The notes under the pieces were generated by a model. That model saw only the letters and a list, made by a program, of their open reading frames with translations. It was not told the DNA's origin and searched no databases. This document shows, piece after piece, positions 49,117 to 56,937 of a DNA stretch of 64,000 nucleotides. How positions within the stretch are numbered: position 1 is the stretch's first letter; each line of letters begins with the position of its first letter. The translations under genes were made by a program, and so were the position numbers. The stretch covers positions 128,001 to 192,000 of the forward strand of contig OY969814.1 of assembly GCA_963703345.1 (NCBI GenBank), given 5' to 3'. This DNA comes from an uncultured Chloroflexia bacterium. Lineage in GTDB: Bacteria > Chloroflexota > Dehalococcoidia > DSTF01 > JALHUB01.

Positions 49117-49827
49117 TCAGCCTCTGCCGAAGCGCCAGAACGAGCCGGTCTTCCCCAGCTTGATCAGAATGCCCACCCATTCGCGCGCTAGTTCCGGTAT
49201 GCGCAGCAGATAGTCGGGCGCGAGACGCTCTCGGAACATGCCGCCGGAGAACAGCGTCGCGTAGTCTCTCAGCGGCATCGTGCCATCGGCGCTGTTCTCG
49301 TCGTACTGTACCCAGTTGCGAACGTGCTCTTCCGACCGGAAGAGATTCATGGTGCTTCAGGAATGGACTATATTCTCTGCCCAGCGACCAAATGGCACGT
49401 TGACGTGGCCAACAATGGACGGCGGCGACGCCTCGAGGATCTCGCCGTCTCGCATACGGACGCGTATCGGTTCGTTGCAGTCGAGGCAGGGGCAGTCGAT
49501 TTGGACTTCCTTGCCGGGGTAAAGCCAGCTGACCGCCAGCGACTCAAACCCTCACTGCCCGTACCATTTCTGTTCCCCATTGACTGATATCAAGTATTGG
49601 GTAGGGCGGTTGGAGAAGGGCGCTAACGAGCCTATCAGGTCGGTGTTCGGCTCCAGCCAGAACCCCGGGACGCCCGCCTTCTCCAGGTCATGCAGTGCGA
49701 CGCGAGCATCTTCCGGCGATAAGCTCAACTCCTTGGCCAGCTCCGTGTAGTGCGGCGCGCGACCGTCATTGACGTTATGGCTTATCGACGCGTGGTAGAT
49801 CCTTGCCAGTAATTCTCGATCTGCCAT
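49117..49827 (-). CDS. MerB-like protein with two probable selenocysteines (U92, U157), 236 aa
   Basis: One continuous frame from ATG 49827 (AAAGGAGG RBS) through in-frame TGA at 49552-49554 (WYGQ-U-GFE) and 49357-49359 (VHS-U-STMNLFRSEE); SECIS-like hairpins follow both; selC present. Confidence 0.85.
49327..49344 (-). promoter_or_regulatory. Candidate SECIS for the second UGA
   Basis: CTCTTCC-GGTC-GGAAGAG hairpin starting 12 nt after the UGA. Confidence 0.7.
49517..49551 (-). promoter_or_regulatory. Candidate SECIS for the first UGA
   Basis: GGGT-TT-GAGTC-GCTGG-CGG-TCAGC-T-GGCTT-T-ACCC bulged hairpin immediately after the UGA. Confidence 0.7.
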
Positions 49828-49873
49828 GTGCACGCCTCCTTTGCGATCGAGCCGAGACAATTCCCGCGGCCAG

Positions 49874-49902
49874 ACCATATCACAGCCGGTTGCCGTTGCC
49901 AA
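49874..49902 (-). promoter_or_regulatory. Putative promoter of the MerB-like gene
   Basis: TTGGCA-17 nt-TATGGT with TG extension. Confidence 0.5.
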
Positions 49903-49953
49903 GGGGGTGCTGTAGATGAGCGCTCGGATTTCGCGTCCGCGTAGATGTACACC

Positions 49954-50140
49954 ACCGCAGCGCAGCGCCTCCAGGACTAGCAGAGGCTTTCGCAAGTCCC
50001 TGGCCCGGTCCGCGAGCTGCTGCAGCGCGAAGTTCAGCCTGTCCGACGGTAGGCCATCATCCAATAGAGGACGAATTCGCGGGAGCCATCAACGGGCTCA
50101 TCGTTCGGAGTGACTATGCGTGTCCCTGGGGCCTGTCCCA
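49954..50140 (-). pseudogene. N-terminal remnant of a DNA photolyase-family gene (frameshifted, truncated)
   Basis: ...EFVLYWMMAYRRTG / NFALQQ...KPLLVLEALRCG in adjacent frames. Confidence 0.65.
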
Positions 50141-50178
50141 AATGGCCTCTATGCGCAGTATCTGCCTGGCCTGTCAGC

Positions 50179-51690
50179 TCAATTCGCGGTGGCCTTGACG
50201 CGTTCCTTCATTGACATTGAGGCGAGTCGCTTCACCTCGTCCAGGCTCAAGCCGAGCCCCTTGGCCACACGCTCCCCATACTCTGCGTCCGCCCTGTGGA
50301 AGAGAGCGGTCTGCCGTAGCTGGAGGCGTCTCTGAGCGTTCTTCAGGTGCGAGACGATGTTGCGGACCAAGTGCTCGCGGTCCTCTTCGGTCATGACCTT
50401 GCGATAGAGGTCGCCCGCCTGCACGAAGTCCACGTCGCCCAGTTCATACGAGTGGCGCGCGGCCATTCCGGCAACGTCGATTGGCGGCGGCGCGACGGCG
50501 GGATCGGGAGCCGGGCCGCCGAAGCTGTTCGGCCAGTAGTTCGGACCGCCTCCGCCGTTGTCGTCAGAGCGCATGAAGCCGTCCCGCTGATAGCTCCGCA
50601 GCTTGGTGGCCTTCGGCGCGTTGACCGGAAGCAGGTGATAGTTGGGGCCGAGTCGGTGCCGGTGGGTGTCGTGATAACTAAACAGTCGCCCTTGGAGCAT
50701 CTTGTCGGGCGAAGGGCCGATGCCGGGAACGAAGTTGCCCGGTGAGAAGGCCGCCTGCTCAACCTCGGCGAAGTAGTTTTCTGGATTTCGGTCGAGTACC
50801 AGACGGCCGACATCCACGGGCGGGAAGTCAGCGTGCGGCCAGACCTTTGTTATGTCGAAGGGGTCGAAGCGGTAGCTCTTGGCCTGGTCAGGGGTCATGA
50901 TCTGCACCTCGAGGCGCCAGGAAGGGTAATCGCCGCGAGCAATCGACTCATACAGGTCGCGAGTGACGCAGTCTGGATCGACGCCCCGCATACGTTCGGC
51001 TTCCTCGCCGGTGAAGTTCAGAATTCCCTGCTCGGTCTTGAAGTGGTATTGCACCCAGCAGTACGCGCCTTCGCGGTCGTACCACATGTAGGTATGGCTG
51101 CTGTACCCGTTCATGTTGCGATACGTCCTGGGGGTGCCGCGGTCCGAGAAGAGGATAGTGACCTGATGGATCGATTCAGGGGTCAGGGAAAGGAAGTCCC
51201 AGAACATGTCCGGGTCCTTGAGGTTGGTCGCCGGGTTGCGTTTCTGGGTATGAATGAAGTCGGGAAACTTCAGGGTGTCGCGGATGAAGAAGACGGGAGT
51301 GTTGTTGCCCACCATGTCGTAATTGCCTTCTTCGGTGTAGAACTTGACCGCGAAGCCACGCGGGTCGCGTTCTGAGTCCGCCGATCCCTTCTCTCCCCCG
51401 ACAGTGGAGAACCGCGCAAAGACCTCGGTGCGCTTTCCCACCTGGGAGAGGAATTTGGCACGCGTGTACTTGGCAACATCGTGAGTCACCTCGAAGTAGC
51501 CGTGGGCGCCGGCACCCTTCGCGTGAACAACGCGTTCGGGGATCCGCTCGCTGTCAAAATGGGTGAGCTTATCGATCAGGTGGGCGTCCTGAATGAGAAC
51601 CGGGCCTTTTGCCCCGGCAGTCACCGAGTTGAGATCGTTGTCGACCGGCATCCCGAAACCGGTTGTTAGGGTTTCCTGTTCGTCCTTCAT
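50179..51690 (-). CDS. katA: Monofunctional heme catalase
   Basis: [30 protein letters not shown]. Confidence 0.97.
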   Translation of the reverse strand: MKDEQETLTTGFGMPVDNDLNSVTAGAKGPVLIQDAHLIDKLTHFDSERIPERVVHAKGAGAHGYFEVTHDVAKYTRAKFLSQVGKRTEVFARFSTVGGEKGSADSERDPRGFAVKFYTEEGNYDMVGNNTPVFFIRDTLKFPDFIHTQKRNPATNLKDPDMFWDFLSLTPESIHQVTILFSDRGTPRTYRNMNGYSSHTYMWYDREGAYCWVQYHFKTEQGILNFTGEEAERMRGVDPDCVTRDLYESIARGDYPSWRLEVQIMTPDQAKSYRFDPFDITKVWPHADFPPVDVGRLVLDRNPENYFAEVEQAAFSPGNFVPGIGPSPDKMLQGRLFSYHDTHRHRLGPNYHLLPVNAPKATKLRSYQRDGFMRSDDNGGGGPNYWPNSFGGPAPDPAVAPPPIDVAGMAARHSYELGDVDFVQAGDLYRKVMTEEDREHLVRNIVSHLKNAQRRLQLRQTALFHRADAEYGERVAKGLGLSLDEVKRLASMSMKERVKATAN

Positions 51691-52198
51691 CTAATCCCTC
51701 TTTTCTATAGAGATTGGCGTTGTCGGATCACGCCTCTTTCTCTCCCTTCTTCTTACAGCGCAGGCACAACCCTCGCAGTTCGACGTGGATTGCCTCAACG
51801 GTGCCCATCGAATCGACCTCGGCGAATTACTACTAACTAATACTCTTCCGCCATTTGGCCCGGCTGTCAAGACCCGGTCAAGCGTTGAAATGACGGGACG
51901 GAGCAAGTGCAATTGCCGCGCTGAACACGGTGCTAGGGAGGGCTCTCGAGCCTAAGCACTGGACTCGATGGGAAATCGGTCGGTCCGGGCGGTGAAGGCG
52001 GCGGATTGGCGGATGTCAGGAACTGCCCACGAATCCAGCGGTGCGCGAAGCGGCTGCTTGCGGACGAAATGCCGATGGGAAACACTAGACGGTCATGGAG
52101 CACGACAGCCTACCGTTGCTGAAGGACCGCGGGGTGGGAAACAAAGACGCTGGCAAGAGGCGAGGGCGGACGGGCGAAGGGGAATCGGGTGAGGGCCG

Positions 52199-53896
52199 CT
52201 ACGTCTGTCGTTCGTAGGGCCAGGCGACGACCCCACCCTCCATCACCTGCACGTTCTTCCAGCCGTTCGCCTCCAGGATCAACGACGCCTCATACGCTCG
52301 GAGAGATACCCGGCAGAAGCAGATGATCTCGGCGTTCTTGTCCTCGGGAAGGTCGTCCAGTCGGTCACGGAGAGTAGGCAGAGGTATCAGCTTCTCGCCC
52401 AGTCCAAGCCGCATCTCCCGGTACTCCTCAGGGCTACGACAATCGATGATGAAGCTGGGAGCGCCGCTGTCGACCCTCCCCTTCACCTCTCGCGTCGAAA
52501 TGCCCTTCAGCCGCCCTTTTCGCTTGTTCTGCATGATGTGGGCCATCATAATCCCGTGATCGATGGCCAGCGAGAACGGTGGCGCGTAGGGAAGGTCGGC
52601 GCTCACCACATCTTCGACGGCGAGATCGCCCCTTATGGCCATCGCCCACTGCGCGATCTGTCTGGAGACGTCGCCGGGGCCGACGCACTGGGCGCCCAGA
52701 ATTCGGCCGCTCTTCTTCCCGACAACGAGTTTCGAGACAAGCAACTGCCCGTCCATGTACCCGGGCTTGTCCAAGCTTGCGCCAATCACAGTGACGACAT
52801 CTAGGCCGGCATCGCGGGCAGATCCCTCATTAAGGCCGGTTGCGCCGGCGGCATAATCGAATACCTTGCAGATGCCGGTAGCGATAGTGCCGGGGAAAGT
52901 CACCGTGTTGCCGAGAGCGGCATTCTCTCCCGCGACGCGCCCCTGCAGGTTCGCCAAGTCGCCGAACGGCGCGTGGACTGCCTCGGCGGTGATCAGATTC
53001 TTAATCTCGACGCAGTCCCCAGCCGCGTAGATGTTCTCGTCCGACGTCTGCATGTACTCATTCACGATGACGCCGCCGGTGGCCCCGATAACGAGGCCTG
53101 CCTCTCGGGCAAGAGTCGAATTGGGTTTGACACCGACCGCCAGCACCGCGAGTTGGCAAGGAAGCTCAGTGCCATCGGCGAGCCGGACGCACGTCAGACT
53201 TCCGTCGTCCCCCAGGAAGGCCGCGAGACCGTTGCCGATGATGACATTGACGAACTTGGTACGCAGGTGGTTCTCGACCAGCTTCGCCATCTCCCAATCG
53301 AGGAAGCCGAGTATCTGGGGCTGCAGCTCGACCAGTGTGACCTCGATGCCCGACGCACGCAGCGCCTCGCACCCCTCCACGCCGATCAGCCCGCCGCCGA
53401 TCACCACCGCCTTGGCCGTCTTCCTTGCATCATGAATGCGTCTGAGGTAGTCGGTGTCGCTCATGTTGTGCAGCGTTGTGATGCCTTCGAGATTGATGCC
53501 AGGGATGGGCGGCACGTTGGGAACGGCGCCGGTCGCCAGGATCAGGCGGTCGTAAGGTATCTGCTCTGTCTCGCCGGAGCGTATGTCTCTGCACAGGACC
53601 GTCTTTCCCTCACGGTCGATGCCGACCGCCTCAGTCTCGGTGCGGGCCGTGATGCGCTTGACGCTCCAAAAATAGGCCGGGTTGCGGATGGGCCCCGTCC
53701 CGGCCGAGAGCAGAGCGTTCCGGTCGTTGAAGTAGCCGCCGACGTAGTAGGGATAGCCACAGCTGGCCATCGACAGTTCCGGCTCCCTCTGGATGATGGT
53801 TATCTCCGCTTGCTGGTCGAGTCGCCTTGCTTTGGACGCCGCCTTCGGCCCCGCCGCAACGCCGCCCACCACCACGATTCTCTTGTTTGCCGGCAT
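52199..53896 (-). CDS. CoA-disulfide/persulfide reductase-like flavoprotein with C-terminal rhodanese domain
   Basis: GGVAAG, SMASCGYPY single-Cys site, YAPPFS, rhodanese CRVSLR. Confidence 0.9.
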   Translation of the reverse strand: MPANKRIVVVGGVAAGPKAASKARRLDQQAEITIIQREPELSMASCGYPYYVGGYFNDRNALLSAGTGPIRNPAYFWSVKRITARTETEAVGIDREGKTVLCRDIRSGETEQIPYDRLILATGAVPNVPPIPGINLEGITTLHNMSDTDYLRRIHDARKTAKAVVIGGGLIGVEGCEALRASGIEVTLVELQPQILGFLDWEMAKLVENHLRTKFVNVIIGNGLAAFLGDDGSLTCVRLADGTELPCQLAVLAVGVKPNSTLAREAGLVIGATGGVIVNEYMQTSDENIYAAGDCVEIKNLITAEAVHAPFGDLANLQGRVAGENAALGNTVTFPGTIATGICKVFDYAAGATGLNEGSARDAGLDVVTVIGASLDKPGYMDGQLLVSKLVVGKKSGRILGAQCVGPGDVSRQIAQWAMAIRGDLAVEDVVSADLPYAPPFSLAIDHGIMMAHIMQNKRKGRLKGISTREVKGRVDSGAPSFIIDCRSPEEYREMRLGLGEKLIPLPTLRDRLDDLPEDKNAEIICFCRVSLRAYEASLILEANGWKNVQVMEGGVVAWPYERQT

Positions 53897-54143
53897 GAGA
53901 CTTCCTCCTGAAATTACCCTTCTGATTATTGTGGAGGAGGGTGACATGAGGAAGCAACGCGCCTTCAAGGGCTGCTATGTGGAGTTGCACGAAAGAATTG
54001 CCGCACCGCAAGCAGAACGACCGGACGGGCAGGAGTTCCTGCGAACTGGGCGTTTCGACCGGGCAAACTGCTGGTGCGGTGGCAAGCCCAAACCGTTGGC
54101 GTTGGGCAACCGGGAACGGTCCGATAAATGCTAAGGTTTTCAG

Positions 54144-54159
54144 CAATTGGTCACAAAGT
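54144..54159 (+). repeat. Putative integrase arm-type site (right)
   Basis: CAATTGGTCACAAAGT identical to 34015-34030. Confidence 0.6.
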
Positions 54160-54283
54160 TCGCTGCTGGCACCGGTAGTCGTCGGCAGGCGATGGTATGG
54201 ACGCTATCGATCTCAGATACAGAAAGGGCATAAAATCAACGCGCTAGCATGTGTCGGGAGGGTTTGATAGCGACGGCATGAAA

Positions 54284-54350
54284 CTTCAAAATCGTTGCGG
54301 GGCGGCCTGCGCCGTCCCGGGTGGGTTCGACTCCCACCCACTCCCGCCAG
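54284..54350 (+). repeat. att site: duplicated 3' portion of tRNA-Sec
   Basis: Identical to 33744-33810; lacks the tRNA 5' half. Confidence 0.95.
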
Positions 54351-54397
54351 CAAGGCCCGCTCTTCCCCACAGTCACTCCTGAGCTTAGTCTGACAAC

Positions 54398-55420
54398 ATG
54401 AAGATCTGCGTGTTCTACGGCGAAGACGAGTTTTCGTTGCGAGAAGAGCTTGCCGCCCTCAAGTCAGAGATGGACAGCGATGGCGTGCTTGCGACCAATA
54501 CGGTCGTCCTCGACGGCCGCGCGCTGAAGCCGGGCGAGCTCCTGTCGGTATGCGCGACCATACCTTTCCTCGGCGGGAGCCGCCTCGTCATCGTCGAAGG
54601 GCTGCTCCGTCGCTTTGAGAGCCCGCGTTCGGGCAGGCGCCGCGAGGAGAGCGGATCGCGGGAGGGCGTAGGCCCGTGGAAGGCGCTGCCAGCCGGGCTG
54701 GCGGAGCTCCCCGATTCCACGACGCTGGTCCTCGTGGACGGCGAGTTGGGAGCGGGCAACGCGCTGCTGCGCCTGCTCGCGCCGGTCGCGGAGACGCGCG
54801 AGTTCCCCTCGCTCCGACAACGGGCTGTGCCGGAGTGGATCCGAACGCGGGCGGCCAAGCTCGAGATGGACATCTCGCCGCGCGCCGTCTCATTGCTGGC
54901 GGAACTCGTGGGGAACGACCTGCGGGCGCTGTCGCAAGAGTTGGAGAAGCTGGGCGTCTACGCGCAAGGACGCAAGATCGAAGAAGAGGACATGAAGGCG
55001 CTGGTCAGCAATGCCCGCGAAGCCAGCGTCCTGGCGATGGTCGACGCGGTCGTCGAGAGGCGCACGGGCATCGCCTATCGGCTCCTGGAAGAACTGCGGG
55101 ACGAAGGTTTCTCCTCGACACGGCTTCTGAGCATGATAACGCGCCAGTATCGCCACCTGATCCTTGCGAAAGAGCTCATGCTGGCGCGCCTCTCGCCTTC
55201 GGAGATAGGGCAGCGATTGGAGATCAGGTCAAGCTTCGCCCTAGGCAAAGTCATGGAGCAGTCGCAGCGCTATTCGATGTCGCAACTGGAAGCGGCCGTT
55301 CGCTGCCTGCTGGAGGCCGACGCGTCAATCAAGCGGGGCGTCTACGATGAAGACATGGCCGTGGAGATGCTCCTCGAAGACCTCGCCACACTCAGCGGGC
55401 GATTCGCCGGGACCGGCTAG
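54398..55420 (+). CDS. holA: DNA polymerase III subunit delta
   Basis: FYGEDEF, PFLG..RLVIV, GNDLR.L.QELEKL, D..IKRG. Confidence 0.9.
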   Translation: MKICVFYGEDEFSLREELAALKSEMDSDGVLATNTVVLDGRALKPGELLSVCATIPFLGGSRLVIVEGLLRRFESPRSGRRREESGSREGVGPWKALPAGLAELPDSTTLVLVDGELGAGNALLRLLAPVAETREFPSLRQRAVPEWIRTRAAKLEMDISPRAVSLLAELVGNDLRALSQELEKLGVYAQGRKIEEEDMKALVSNAREASVLAMVDAVVERRTGIAYRLLEELRDEGFSSTRLLSMITRQYRHLILAKELMLARLSPSEIGQRLEIRSSFALGKVMEQSQRYSMSQLEAAVRCLLEADASIKRGVYDEDMAVEMLLEDLATLSGRFAGTG

Positions 55421-56046
55421 AACGCCCGACCGATGCGGAAGAGCACTTTCCCCTGGACTTCGACGTTGTCCGCGTCGGTGTAGATCGGCTTCATCGCTTC
55501 GTTTGCGGGCTGCAGACGGACGCGGCTCCCCTCGCGGTAGAACTTCTTGAGCGTAGTTTCCTGCTCTCGCCTCAGCCACGCCGCCACCATGTCGCCGTTG
55601 TCGGCGCTGGCTGCCTGCTGCATGATAACGATGTCGCCGTCGTCGACGAGCGCGTCGATCATCGATTTGCCCTTCACGCGCAGAGCATAGACGTTTCCGC
55701 GGCCGCCGGTCATCTCCTCCGTCACCTCCACCACGTCGCTGTAGTCTACGCTTCCTTCCGGCACCGGTATCGGTTGGCCGGCGGCAATCTGGCCAACGAT
55801 AGGCACCCTCACGGTCCGGGAACGGCGTCCCGAGCCGTCGAGCAGATCGATGGCGCGCGAAACCTCTCTATCGCGATGGATGTGGCCCATGCGCTCCAGC
55901 GCCTTCAGGTTGTAGTCCACAACGGAGGTTGAGCTGATACGGCACTCCTCCTGGATGTCGCGGATGCTCGGCGGGTAGCCCTTCTCCCGTATGAACCGGC
56001 GGAGGAAGTCGAGTATTCCGCGCTGTTTGGGCGACAGGTCCTTCAA
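55417..56046 (-). CDS. lexA: SOS repressor LexA
   Basis: GYPPSIR, IAAG.P cleavage site, VKGKSMID, TLKK. Confidence 0.96.
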   Translation of the reverse strand: MKDLSPKQRGILDFLRRFIREKGYPPSIRDIQEECRISSTSVVDYNLKALERMGHIHRDREVSRAIDLLDGSGRRSRTVRVPIVGQIAAGQPIPVPEGSVDYSDVVEVTEEMTGGRGNVYALRVKGKSMIDALVDDGDIVIMQQAASADNGDMVAAWLRREQETTLKKFYREGSRVRLQPANEAMKPIYTDADNVEVQGKVLFRIGRAF

Positions 56047-56075
56047 ATTGCACCTCCAGCATCGTCATTGATGGA

Positions 56076-56126
56076 CGAACGCTTGTTCTGTCAGGCAAAT
56101 TAGCACGTCTGCTCGATCACTGTCAA
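56076..56126 (-). promoter_or_regulatory. lexA promoter and autoregulatory SOS box
   Basis: GAAC-GCTT-GTTC at 56077-56088; TTGACA at 56121-56126 with a degenerate box in the spacer. Confidence 0.8.
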
Positions 56127-56223
56127 GCCCTGTTTCGAGAAAAGGCAGAAGATTGCCAACTGAGCCGAACGGACTCTAGAATACGAATAGGAAGCCACGC
56201 CTGCTGACGAAGGAGCGTCAAAG

Positions 56224-56925
56224 TTGCCCGACGACAAAGAACCGCGGCGCGCTCTGGCAATCTCAGCCCATCCGGACGACACGGAGTTCGGTTGCGCGGG
56301 CACCGCTGCTCTCTGGACGAGAGAAGGCTGGGAGTTCTATTACCTCATTCTGACGAACGGTGCCAAGGGCAGCGATGACCCAGACATGACGCCCGAGAAG
56401 CTGGCACCGATTCGCAAGCAAGAGCAGCTGGCCGCGGCGAAGGTAGTGGGGGTGAAAGACGTCTTCTTCTTGGGCCACGAAGACGGCGAGCTCACCTACA
56501 GCCGACAGCTGCTCGGCGAAGTCGTCAGGCATATCCGCATGCTGAAGCCCTACGCCGTCTTCACCAGCGACCCGGAATCGATAATCGTCCGCGACAGCTT
56601 CATCAACCACTCGGACCACCGCTGCGCCGGGCTTGTCGCAATCGACGCCGTGTATCCTGCAGCCCGCGACCGCTGGAACTTTCACGAGCATATCGAAGAG
56701 GGGCTGGAGCCACACAAGGTCAGCGAGCTCTACGTGTGGTCGTTCGACAAGGCGAACTTCAGTGTCGACATTACCGACGTGATGGAACTGAAGCTGGAGG
56801 CGCTTTCTCAGCACCGCAGCCAGTTCGGCGACAGCCCTGAGTTTCTCGACTACATCCGTAGCCGCTGGCGCGACGAAAAAGGACGCCACGTCGAGAGCTT
56901 CCGCCGCGTCGTTCTGGCCCGCTGA
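56224..56925 (+). CDS. PIG-L family deacetylase
   Basis: AHPDD, HSDH, H.SQF. Confidence 0.9.
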   Translation: MPDDKEPRRALAISAHPDDTEFGCAGTAALWTREGWEFYYLILTNGAKGSDDPDMTPEKLAPIRKQEQLAAAKVVGVKDVFFLGHEDGELTYSRQLLGEVVRHIRMLKPYAVFTSDPESIIVRDSFINHSDHRCAGLVAIDAVYPAARDRWNFHEHIEEGLEPHKVSELYVWSFDKANFSVDITDVMELKLEALSQHRSQFGDSPEFLDYIRSRWRDEKGRHVESFRRVVLAR

Positions 56926-56937
56926 CGCGGGCGCTGC

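Larger units (their letters stand above)
33744..54350. mobile_element. Genomic island (~20.5 kb) integrated in selC; no integrase seen
   Basis: Exact 67-bp direct repeat at 33744-33810 and 54284-54350, starting in the anticodon loop; accessory cargo and gene remnants inside; core gene holA resumes afterwards. Confidence 0.9.

Noticed and set aside
49117-49827. Reading the MerB-like locus as a nonsense pseudogene or as part of a mer operon
   Set aside because: Both stops are TGA at catalytic-Cys-equivalent sites with hairpins. No merR, merA, merT or merP is present, and the nearby flavoprotein is CoADR-rhodanese type, not MerA.
50020-50045. In-frame TGA (RRTG-TGA) in the photolyase stub as a third Sec codon
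   Set aside because: Similarity continues in a different frame (NFALQ), consistent with loss of one G from TGG. There is no Cys-equivalent position and no SECIS-like hairpin.
54284-54350. Second tRNA-Sec gene
   Set aside because: It lacks the 5' acceptor strand, D-arm and 5' anticodon stem; it is an att duplicate.
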